DNA from: Alistipes sp.
Lineage (GTDB): Bacteria; Bacteroidota; Bacteroidia; Bacteroidales; Rikenellaceae
Direction of reading: 5' to 3'
DNA length: 64,000 nucleotides
Assembly: GCA_017416915.1 (NCBI GenBank)
Contig: JAFQAN010000036.1
Coordinates: 11,334-75,333 of the forward strand
The notes beneath the pieces are model-generated. The model ran no database searches, was not told the origin of the DNA, and saw only the letters and a program-made list of their open reading frames with translations. Positions 39,181 through 47,397 of this stretch are shown here, in pieces; the stretch's first letter is position 1, and each line of letters begins with the position of its first letter. A program made the position numbers and the translations under genes.

Positions 39181-41214
39181 ATGAAAGAGCGTAATAATAC
39201 CCTACCTATCGTAGCCTCCGACGAGTGGTTGAAGCCCGTCGAAGGGGAGATAAACTACCGCCATCGTCTATACGTGGAGCATCTCGAAGAGATTGAGCGT
39301 TCGTCGGGAAGTATCTCAGACTATGCCAATGGCTATCGCTACTTCGGCTGGCAAAGGGACGACGCTATGCAGGGCTGGTGGTTTAGAGAGTGGCTCCCCG
39401 AGGCTAAGGATGTCTATATCTTTGGCGACTTCAACTCGTGGCAGCGCACACAGCTACGCCTCGACCGCAACCGCGACGGCGTGTGGAGCATCTTCCTCCC
39501 CGACGCCATATATGGCGAGAGGCTTACCGACGGCTCGCTCTACAAGCTACATATCCACGGTGCCAACGGCTGGCGCGACCGCATCCCCGCATACGCCAAG
39601 CGTGTGGTGCAGGACGAAGAGACGAAGAACTACACCGCACAGTTCGTCATCGACACCCCCTACGAGTGGCACGACGAGGGCTTCCGCGCCCCCAAGGTGG
39701 GCGAACTGCTCATATACGAGGCGCACGTAGGTATGGCGCAAGAGGAGGAGAAGGTTGGCTCGTATGTCGAATTTAGAGACCTCATACTGCCACGCATCAA
39801 GGCTGCGGGCTATAACGCTGTGCAGCTGATGGCTATTGCCGAGCACCCCTACTACGGCTCGTTCGGCTACCACGTATCGAGTTTCTTTGCTCCGTCGTCG
39901 CGCTTCGGCACACCTAATGAGCTGCGCTCGCTTATCGACCGCGCCCACGAGATGGGTATCGCCGTGATTATGGACCTCGTACACGCCCACTATGTCAAGA
40001 ACTTCGACGAGGGCATCAACGAGCTTGACGGCTCCGACCACCTCTACTCGAAGGCGGGAGACGCAGGCTACCAGAGGTATTGGGACTCCAAGACCTTCGA
40101 CTATGGCAAGCGCGAGGTGCAGCACTTCCTGCTCTCGAACGTGAAGTACTGGATGGATGAGTACCACTTCGACGGCTACCGCTTCGACGGCGTTACCTCG
40201 ATGCTCTACCACCACCACGGATATGTCGATTTCGACTGTCGCGAGCGCTTCTTCGACGAGGGCGTAAATCGTGATGCTATAACCTACCTCACCCTCGCCA
40301 ACAAGCTCGTACACGACCTTCGCAACGATGCTATAACCATCGCCGAGGATGTGAGCGGTATGCCAGGCTCGTGCGTAGCGCCCGAGGATGGCGGTATGGG
40401 CTTCGACTACCGCTTGGGTATGGCTATCCCCGACTACTGGATAAAGCTGCTCAAAGAGCAGAAGGACGAGGATTGGAACATCTGGGAGATATGGTCGGTG
40501 ATGACCAACCGTCTGCCGAGCGTACGCACGGTGGCGTATGCCGAGTCGCACGACCAGGCGTTGGTGGGCGACAAGACCATCGCCTTCCGCCTGATGGATA
40601 AGGAGATGTACTTCTCGATGGACCGCGCCTCGGAGAGCCTTATTATCGACCGTGGTATGGCGCTACATAAGCTCATACGCCTGATGACCATCACCACAGG
40701 TGGCGAGGCGTACCTCAATTTTATGGGCAACGAGTTCGGACACCCCGAGTGGATAGACTTCCCGCGTGAGGGCAACGGCTGGTCGTGCAAGCACGCACGC
40801 CGCCAGTGGTCGCTCGCCGAGAATGGCTTTTTGCGCTATTCGCTGCTCAACGAGTTCGACCGCGCAATGATAGCTATGGTCAAGGAGTATGGCGTGTTGG
40901 GCGACGGCTACCCCTACAACCACCTTATGGATGAGCAGAATAAGACGATGGTATTCTCGCATAGCGGGCTGCTCTTCGTGCTTAACTGGCACCCCACCGC
41001 CTCTATCCCCGACTACCGTATCACGGTGCCGTGGGCGGGCAAGTATAGCGTGGTACTGTCGTCGGACGAGGAGCGCTTCGGCGGCCTCGGACGTGCCGAC
41101 GTCAAGGGCGAACACTTTACCACCACACACCGCAACGACGATGGCACGGAGTACTACACCATCGACATCTACAACACCTCGCGTACGGGCTTGGTGCTTA
41201 AATGGGAGAGATAA
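39181..41214 (+). CDS. glgB: 1,4-alpha-glucan branching enzyme (GH13_8 type)
   Basis: YYGSFGYHV, DLVHAH, DGYRFDGVTSM, IAEDVSG, YAESHDQALVGDKT, FMGNEFGHPEWIDFPR. Confidence 0.95.
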   Translation: MKERNNTLPIVASDEWLKPVEGEINYRHRLYVEHLEEIERSSGSISDYANGYRYFGWQRDDAMQGWWFREWLPEAKDVYIFGDFNSWQRTQLRLDRNRDGVWSIFLPDAIYGERLTDGSLYKLHIHGANGWRDRIPAYAKRVVQDEETKNYTAQFVIDTPYEWHDEGFRAPKVGELLIYEAHVGMAQEEEKVGSYVEFRDLILPRIKAAGYNAVQLMAIAEHPYYGSFGYHVSSFFAPSSRFGTPNELRSLIDRAHEMGIAVIMDLVHAHYVKNFDEGINELDGSDHLYSKAGDAGYQRYWDSKTFDYGKREVQHFLLSNVKYWMDEYHFDGYRFDGVTSMLYHHHGYVDFDCRERFFDEGVNRDAITYLTLANKLVHDLRNDAITIAEDVSGMPGSCVAPEDGGMGFDYRLGMAIPDYWIKLLKEQKDEDWNIWEIWSVMTNRLPSVRTVAYAESHDQALVGDKTIAFRLMDKEMYFSMDRASESLIIDRGMALHKLIRLMTITTGGEAYLNFMGNEFGHPEWIDFPREGNGWSCKHARRQWSLAENGFLRYSLLNEFDRAMIAMVKEYGVLGDGYPYNHLMDEQNKTMVFSHSGLLFVLNWHPTASIPDYRITVPWAGKYSVVLSSDEERFGGLGRADVKGEHFTTTHRNDDGTEYYTIDIYNTSRTGLVLKWER

Positions 41215-41229
41215 AAAACGTATAAAAGT

Positions 41230-42135
41230 ATGAATATCAGGACAATATTTCTGTTTTGCAGCGCTGCAATACTACTTACCTGCTCGTGCGGCAACTCATC
41301 GAGTAGCACCCCCGCCGAGACACCCGTCGATATGTCGGCAACTGCCGTTACAGCACCCGTCGAGGAGGAGCCTACGGGCGATAGCCGCCTCGCGGAGCAT
41401 ATCGTAATCTCGAAGGAGGCGATGACGCTCAAACTCTACGACAGCCAGCAGCGCCTCATCTGCTCATTCCCCGTTGCAGTAGGCAAAAACCTCGGTAATA
41501 AGCGCCGCTCGGGCGATATGAAGACCCCCGAGGGCGAGTTTAAGGTGCAACAGATACAGCCCGCCTCGCACTGGACACACGACTTCGGCGATGGCAAGGG
41601 CGTCATCGAGGGGTGCTACGGCAACTGGTTTATACGCCTCGAAACGCCACCCCACCGCGGCATAGGCATCCACGGCACACACGACCCCGCCTCTATCGGC
41701 ACACGTGCTACGGAGGGGTGCATACGCCTACATAACAACGACTTGGATAGCCTCAAACCTATGGTTAAGGTGGGTATGCGCGTAACTATCGAGACGTCGG
41801 TAGCCGACCGCAACGAGGATAACCGCATCGACGGCAAGCCCGTAACCGAGGAGAAGCCCGTGGTGGATGTAACCCCCGTAGCGAGCGAGAGCGTAGCAGC
41901 CGAAACTGCTTCTAACGATGCAGCGAAGAGCGAAGAGAGCGCCAAAACGCCCGCCACCGATAGCCGACCGACAAATAACGGTGCGTCGGGCGAGGTATGG
42001 CACACAATTGAGAGTGGCGATATGATTGGTGCGCTCGCCATTAAGTATGGTGTTACGGAGGAGCAAATACGCGAACTCAACCCTGGGTTGAATGAGCGTC
42101 GCCTGCAACTCGGACAGCGCGTGAGAATTAAGTAG
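41230..42135 (+). CDS. L,D-transpeptidase (YkuD) lipoprotein with C-terminal LysM
   Basis: GIGIHGT...TEGCIRL; HTIESGDMIGALAIKYG...LQLGQRVRI. Confidence 0.88.
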   Translation: MNIRTIFLFCSAAILLTCSCGNSSSSTPAETPVDMSATAVTAPVEEEPTGDSRLAEHIVISKEAMTLKLYDSQQRLICSFPVAVGKNLGNKRRSGDMKTPEGEFKVQQIQPASHWTHDFGDGKGVIEGCYGNWFIRLETPPHRGIGIHGTHDPASIGTRATEGCIRLHNNDLDSLKPMVKVGMRVTIETSVADRNEDNRIDGKPVTEEKPVVDVTPVASESVAAETASNDAAKSEESAKTPATDSRPTNNGASGEVWHTIESGDMIGALAIKYGVTEEQIRELNPGLNERRLQLGQRVRIK

Positions 42136-42154
42136 GGCGCTCGAACGGTGCAGG

Positions 42155-42446
42155 GAGCGGCTGAGAGGCGCAACCACGAGACTGCGAGACCACGAGACTG
42201 CGGGACTGCGAGACCACGAGACTACGAGACTGCGAGACTGCGGGACCACGAGACCACGAGACCACGAGACTGCGAGACCTCTGAAAAACACAGTCTTTCT
42301 CAGGCGTTCCCAGTCGTTCTCAGGCATTCTCAGTCTTTCTCAGGCGTTCTCAGTCATTCCCAGGCGTTCCCAGTCATTCCCAGTCGTTCTCAGTCGTGCG
42401 AGGCTGTGCGAAGCTGTGCGAGGCATTGCCCCTTATCACGCCAAAG
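42155..42446 (+). repeat. Mosaic repeat locus 8: 8-mer array, core, 10-mer array, hairpin right tip
   Basis: Core at 42283-42295; ends ccccttatcacgccaaag. Confidence 0.92.
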
Positions 42447-42523
42447 ATACCGTTCGTCGTAATTATACGCCCACTCATCAACAAAAACATCCCTTTATAT
42501 ATAGGAATATTGGTTTTTTTTCT

Positions 42524-42531
42524 TACCTTTG
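42524..42531 (+). promoter_or_regulatory. -7 promoter element for the peptide plus lipoprotein unit
   Basis: tacctttg. Confidence 0.55.
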
Positions 42532-42612
42532 CAGCGGTATATTGCGTGTGGTATGCGCCCGCGCAGAGGCAAACAGATGATTTATAACAAAAATATTAAA
42601 CCAAATAAACCT

Positions 42613-42769
42613 ATGAACAAACAGACATTTATCGTGGGGGGGGGGAAGCCACAACCTCTACGAAGCTCCCGAGATGGAGATTGTTGCAGTAAATGCCGAG
42701 TTCGGTATGGAGGCAAGCTCTGACCCCACCCAGACCGAGGATTACGACAACGGAATTTTTGAGTGGTAA
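42613..42769 (+). pseudogene. Small YxxP-type peptide interrupted by a G10 tract (phase-variable or frameshifted)
   Basis: With 9 G the ORF reads MNKQTFIVGGGSHNLYEAPEMEIVAVNAEFGMEASSDPTQTEDYDNGIFEW* (12 G adds one Gly). With the observed 10 G it is out of frame. Confidence 0.65.
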
Positions 42770-42791
42770 ACCTATTAAAACAACAAGAACA

Positions 42792-44129
42792 ATGAAAAAG
42801 ATTTATGCATTTTTGATGTCGGCAGTTGCTTTGGTAGGCTTCGCCGCTTGCTCTGAGGGTCTTAACGAGATTACCGTGAACGGTAACGATAACACCACAG
42901 AGGTAACTCTCTTCGCAGAGTTTGAGGATGATACACGTATGACACTTAACGGCAACACCCCCGAGTGGGAGAAGGGTGATGTTATCTACATCAACGGTGT
43001 AGAGTTCACCGCACAGGAGGCAGGTAGCGCCGTACAGTTCAAGGGCACTGTTACGGAGGATATGATTGGTCAGGCTTACACCGCATATTTCGGCACTAAG
43101 GATGGCAAGGTTGCTGCCGAGCAGACTGCTGTTGCGGGACATATGTCGAAGGAGACCCCCGCAACTGCTGAGATTGCAGCTTTTGAGAGCGGTATGACAA
43201 TCTCGTTTAAGAACGCTGCTGCACTGTTGCAGTTCACCCCCTCGTTCTCGGGCGATGTACTATTTGAAATTATTAATGGCGAAACTATTACGCTCAAAGG
43301 TTGCGAGGCAGGCAAGACCTACTACGCTGCCGTAACCCCCGCAACGTGGGATGGTGGCGTACAGGTGTCATCAGACAACCTCCTTTGCAAGTCAGGCGCA
43401 AAGGGTCAGCTTATCGAGCGCAACAAGATTTATCCATTAGGCAACCTCGACCGCAAAACAGCAACCACAGCACTTTGGGGTGTTTGCGGTGTCCACAACG
43501 AGTGGGGTAATGCAGGCGAGGATGTTTTGATGTATGAGGATGGCAACTACTATGTATCGGTAGGTGTTAAGCTTGGTGGCGAATTCAAGATTCGTAAAGA
43601 CAACTCGTGGGGTTCAAATTACGGCTGTGATGCTACCGCAGCAGTAGGCTCATACGGAGAATACAGCATAGGCAGCGACTATGGCGGTAACTTCCAGGTT
43701 GCAGACACAAATTTGAGATACACTATTAAGATGTCGAAAGATTTCAAGCAACTGATAGTATGCGCAACTGGCTATGCTCAGGAGAGCGAGTATTCTATTA
43801 TTGGTGCAAACGGCAACTGGAACTATGACAACTACTTTATGAATACCTCTGTAAGCAACGTCATCGTCGCAAAGAAGGTAAAGATTACCACAGATGTAGG
43901 TGTTAAAATTAGATATGAAGGTGGATGGGGCTCGTCTTGGTCTTGCGATTGGAAAGCATTAAAGGTTAATACTAAGTTGCTCTGCCGCAAGGGCTATGAC
44001 TGCAATATGTTGTTTGCTGATGGTAGCAGTGATTGGAACAAGGAGTACGATATTTATGTGCAACTTGTCAGCGGTGCTCCCAGTGAGTTCATCATCGTGC
44101 CCACAGGAAATGCAGCTCCTACATTCTAA
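42792..44129 (+). CDS. Surface lipoprotein: fimbrillin-like N-terminal part plus two SusE/SusF-like C-terminal domains
   Basis: MKKIYAFLMSAVALVGFAAC; WGVCGVHNEWG...GEFKIRKDNSWGSNYG; YSIIGANGNW...VKIRYEGGWG. Confidence 0.65.
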   Translation: MKKIYAFLMSAVALVGFAACSEGLNEITVNGNDNTTEVTLFAEFEDDTRMTLNGNTPEWEKGDVIYINGVEFTAQEAGSAVQFKGTVTEDMIGQAYTAYFGTKDGKVAAEQTAVAGHMSKETPATAEIAAFESGMTISFKNAAALLQFTPSFSGDVLFEIINGETITLKGCEAGKTYYAAVTPATWDGGVQVSSDNLLCKSGAKGQLIERNKIYPLGNLDRKTATTALWGVCGVHNEWGNAGEDVLMYEDGNYYVSVGVKLGGEFKIRKDNSWGSNYGCDATAAVGSYGEYSIGSDYGGNFQVADTNLRYTIKMSKDFKQLIVCATGYAQESEYSIIGANGNWNYDNYFMNTSVSNVIVAKKVKITTDVGVKIRYEGGWGSSWSCDWKALKVNTKLLCRKGYDCNMLFADGSSDWNKEYDIYVQLVSGAPSEFIIVPTGNAAPTF

Positions 44130-44151
44130 TTGAGCGCATTTGCAAAAACTC

Positions 44152-44186
44152 ACAGCTCGGCTCTAAGGGGTCGAGCTGTTTTTTTT
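44152..44186 (+). terminator. Intrinsic terminator
   Basis: cagctcg...cgagctg followed by T8. Confidence 0.8.
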
Positions 44187-44400
44187 GCGAGACGACGAGA
44201 CGACGAGACGACGAGACGACTGAGAACGACTGAGAATGCCTGAGAATGCCTGTGTTTTTTAGGGTATCCCGTGGTCCCACAGTCCCGCAGTCCCGTGGTC
44301 CCGCAGTCCCGTGGTCTCGTAGTCTCGTAGTCCCGCAGTCCCGTGGTCCCGTGGTCTCGCACCACCCGCACATCCATAAACTCCATAAACTCCCTAATCA
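44187..44400 (-). repeat. Mosaic repeat locus 9: 8-mers grading into 10-mers, inverted core, 8-mer array, 9-mers
   Basis: (gagacgac)4-tgagaacgac-(tgagaatgcc)2-tgtgtttttt; core at 44248-44260. Confidence 0.92.
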
Positions 44401-44425
44401 ACCACTCACTTTGAACAATTTTTTA

Positions 44426-44433
44426 TATCTTTG
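44426..44433 (+). promoter_or_regulatory. -7 promoter element for the ABC transporter
   Basis: tatctttg. Confidence 0.55.
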
Positions 44434-44454
44434 CAAAAAATATCAGTACAGATT

Positions 44455-45384
44455 ATGAAGGATATTATTCTCAGCATAGAGGGTGTCTCGAAGAGCTACA
44501 CGGGACATACAGCCCTCGATGACGTGTCGTTGGAGATACCGCGCGGTGCGGTATATGGTCTTTTGGGTCCCAACGGCGCAGGTAAGACCACGCTGATACG
44601 TGTCATCAACCGCATAACGCTTGCCGACAAGGGGCGTGTGCTGCTCGAAGGCAAGCCTATGACCGAGAGCGACGTATTCCATATAGGCTATATGCCCGAG
44701 GAGCGCGGTCTCTACAAGAAGATGCGTGTGGGTGCGCAAGCACTCTTCTTCGCGCGCCTCAAAGGTCTCGACAAGCGCGAGGCGGAGCAGAGGCTACACA
44801 GCTGGTTTGAGCGTTTAGGCATCGCCGACTGGTGGGGCAGAAAGGTAGAGGACCTATCGAAGGGTATGGCGCAAAAGGTACAGTTCATATCGACCGTGGT
44901 ACACGAGCCTAAGCTGCTGATATTTGACGAGCCATTCTCGGGCTTCGACCCCATAAATGCCAACGCTCTGAAAAACGAGATTCTCGGACTACGCGACCGC
45001 GGCGCCACGGTGATATTCTCGACACACAATATGGCATCGGTGGAGGAGATATGCGACCATATAACGCTTATCAACAAGTCGCGCAACATCCTCTCAGGCT
45101 CGGTGGAGGAGATACGCCGTGCGGCGGGAGGCAACACCTTCGAGGTGATACATCGCGCCGACGATAGTACGCTGAGTGCCGCCTTGGGCAGCTTCGCTAC
45201 GACACTCGGCGCAAGCGAGGGCATCGTGGGCGGATATACCCGCACAAAGATACATATCCCCAACGACAACGACATCCGCGAGGTGATAGCGCGCCTCAAC
45301 GACAGCTGCTCGATGCGCTCGTTGCAGGAGATGATGCCCTCGATGAACGATATATTTATTCGCGCGGTAAACGGAACACTCTAA
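44455..45384 (+). CDS. ABC-2 type transporter ATP-binding protein
   Basis: GPNGAGKTT, LSKGMAQK, LIFDEPFSG. Confidence 0.95.
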   Translation: MKDIILSIEGVSKSYTGHTALDDVSLEIPRGAVYGLLGPNGAGKTTLIRVINRITLADKGRVLLEGKPMTESDVFHIGYMPEERGLYKKMRVGAQALFFARLKGLDKREAEQRLHSWFERLGIADWWGRKVEDLSKGMAQKVQFISTVVHEPKLLIFDEPFSGFDPINANALKNEILGLRDRGATVIFSTHNMASVEEICDHITLINKSRNILSGSVEEIRRAAGGNTFEVIHRADDSTLSAALGSFATTLGASEGIVGGYTRTKIHIPNDNDIREVIARLNDSCSMRSLQEMMPSMNDIFIRAVNGTL

Positions 45385-45387
45385 CCT

Positions 45388-46671
45388 ATGAAAAAGATTC
45401 AACTTATAATAGCTCGCGAGTTCGGCGAGCGCGCTCGCAAGAAGTCGTTTATTATCACGACCTTGCTGATGCCGATATTGATGATAGGATTGATGATAGC
45501 GCCATCGCTGATGATGCTTATGGATACCGCCGAGCAGAAGCAGGTGGTGGTCATCGACCGCTCGGGCGTTGTTGGCGACAAGCTGCAAAGTGGCGGCGAG
45601 GTGCTATTCTCGGTGCAGAACGACCTCTCGAAGGCGGAGGCGTGTAGCATCTATGGCGAGGATAGCGGCATCTTCGGCATCCTATACATAGGTAGCGAGG
45701 TGGAGCATCGCGACTCGGTGCAGCTTATCACAAACTCATCATCGTCGATGATGTTGGAGGAGAATATCGCCTCGCAAATATCGGCGATAGTCGAGGCGGA
45801 GAAGCTCAAAGCCTACAACATCGATAACCTCGACCAGATACTCGCCTCGGTGGCGACAAATATCGAGCTTAGCACCTTCGAGAACAACGGCACAGGCGAG
45901 GTGGAGACGATGGAGAGTACGTCGTCGGGCATAAACTACATCTTGGGTATGCTGCTCGGTATGCTACTCTATATGATTATCATCATCTACGGACAGATGG
46001 TGCTAACATCGGTTGTCGAGGAGAAGTCGAGCCGCGTCATAGATGTTATGGTAACGAGCTGTACGCCCTTCCAGATTATGATGGGTAAGATTCTCGGCAT
46101 CGCCCTTGTCGCCGTTACGCAGATTGCCATCTGGGCTGTGCTTGTCATCGGCGCGTCGAAGTTCCTTATCCCCGCGCTCTTCTCGCCAGAGGTGGCGGCA
46201 ACAAACGATATGATGATGCAGGCGCTGATGGGTACCCTCGGCAATACGTCATATATTGCGGGTCTGTTTGGCTACCTGCTGCTCTTCATCCTCGGCGGCT
46301 TCCTGCTCTACGCATCGCTCTACGCTGCGGCAGGCTCGGCGGTCGATTCGGTGCAGGATGGTCAGCAGTTCAACACGATAATTATGATGCCTATAATCTT
46401 GGCACTTATCGTGATGATGTCGGTCTTCAACGACCCCAACTCGTCGGTGGCGTTCTGGTTCTCAATAATACCCTTTACCTCGCCAATAGTGATGATAGCG
46501 CGCATACCATTTGGCATCCCCACGTGGGAGGTTGTGGTGTCGTTGGTGCTGCTATATGCCACCTTCCTCTTTGTGGCGTGGTTTGCCGCCAAGATATATA
46601 GAATAGGTATCTTTATGCACGGCAAGCGTCCCTCGTGGCGCGAGCTGTGGCAGTGGACCAAGATGAAGTAG
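45388..46671 (+). CDS. ABC-2 type transporter permease (NatB-like)
   Basis: VVEEKSSRVIDVM, IPFTSPIVMIARI; multiple TM segments. Confidence 0.92.
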   Translation: MKKIQLIIAREFGERARKKSFIITTLLMPILMIGLMIAPSLMMLMDTAEQKQVVVIDRSGVVGDKLQSGGEVLFSVQNDLSKAEACSIYGEDSGIFGILYIGSEVEHRDSVQLITNSSSSMMLEENIASQISAIVEAEKLKAYNIDNLDQILASVATNIELSTFENNGTGEVETMESTSSGINYILGMLLGMLLYMIIIIYGQMVLTSVVEEKSSRVIDVMVTSCTPFQIMMGKILGIALVAVTQIAIWAVLVIGASKFLIPALFSPEVAATNDMMMQALMGTLGNTSYIAGLFGYLLLFILGGFLLYASLYAAAGSAVDSVQDGQQFNTIIMMPIILALIVMMSVFNDPNSSVAFWFSIIPFTSPIVMIARIPFGIPTWEVVVSLVLLYATFLFVAWFAAKIYRIGIFMHGKRPSWRELWQWTKMK

Positions 46672-46689
46672 CAGAGGCGCAGGCGTTGG

Positions 46690-46862
46690 TTGTTGTCAGA
46701 AGACGAGAGATGTGGCACATCGCCAAAGAATAAAATTTGTTGTCAGAAGGCATTAGATACAACGCTCGGTGAATTTGTCGGCGATGGGCTGTACTAAAAC
46801 GTACTGCCCATTGCCGACACAATTCATTAGCGGCAGTAGATGATGCCTTATCACAACAAATT
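46690..46862 (+). repeat. Mosaic repeat locus 10: truncated left half plus full hairpin 46734-46862, without microsatellite arms
   Basis: aatttgttgtcagaaggcat...atgccttatcacaacaaatt; overlaps the kdsC stop codon. Confidence 0.9.
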
Positions 46863-47397
46863 AACGGGAGGGCACTCCAAGCACCCCCTTCATATTCTTC
46901 GCCCAGTTGCCTTGCGCTCGTAACACCTGCTCTACAATGTCGCGCACAGCACCCTTGCCGCCATTATACTCCGACACATAGCGCGACGCCTCGATAACCT
47001 CCATACAGGCGTCGGCAGGACATACAGGGATGCCCACAAGACGCATACACTCCAAATCGGGGATGTCGTCGCCCATATAGATAACATTCTCCGAATTGAG
47101 GTTGTTGGCAGCCATAAACTCATTGATAGCGGCAACCTTATCCATACAGTTAAGATACATGTCCTTGATGCCGAGCATCTCCAAGCGGCGGCGTAGCATC
47201 TCGCCACGACCTCCCGAGATGATACAAATCTTGTAACCCTCACGAAGTGCGTATGCCAAGGCGTAACCATCCTTGGCGTAGTAGAGACGTATAAAGTCGC
47301 CATCGGGCGTAGGGATGATGCTACCATCGGTCATCACCCCATCCACGTCGAAGACAAAGGCCTCGACGCGGGCTATATCTTCTTTGAAGTTTCCCAT
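46861..47397 (-). CDS. kdsC: 3-deoxy-D-manno-octulosonate 8-phosphate phosphatase (HAD IIIA)
   Basis: FDVDGVMTDG, KDGYA, YMGDDIPD, GGKGAVR. Confidence 0.9.
   Translation of the reverse strand: MGNFKEDIARVEAFVFDVDGVMTDGSIIPTPDGDFIRLYYAKDGYALAYALREGYKICIISGGRGEMLRRRLEMLGIKDMYLNCMDKVAAINEFMAANNLNSENVIYMGDDIPDLECMRLVGIPVCPADACMEVIEASRYVSEYNGGKGAVRDIVEQVLRAQGNWAKNMKGVLGVPSR

Noticed and set aside
42693-42791. N-terminal extensions in the ORF track (42693, 23070, 28641, 54605, 51917, 60188, 36856)
   Set aside because: Downstream ATGs give proper signal peptides or family N-termini, and the extensions overlap repeats, promoters or neighbouring genes.
42613-44129. Lasso peptide or other RiPP gene cluster
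   Set aside because: The YxxP motif is present, but no peptidase, cyclase, RRE or radical SAM gene is nearby.
46734-46862. Integron attC sites
   Set aside because: The architecture is analogous, but the RYYYAAC/GTTRRRY boxes are absent, the modules do not delimit gene cassettes, and the only tyrosine recombinase looks like housekeeping XerD.
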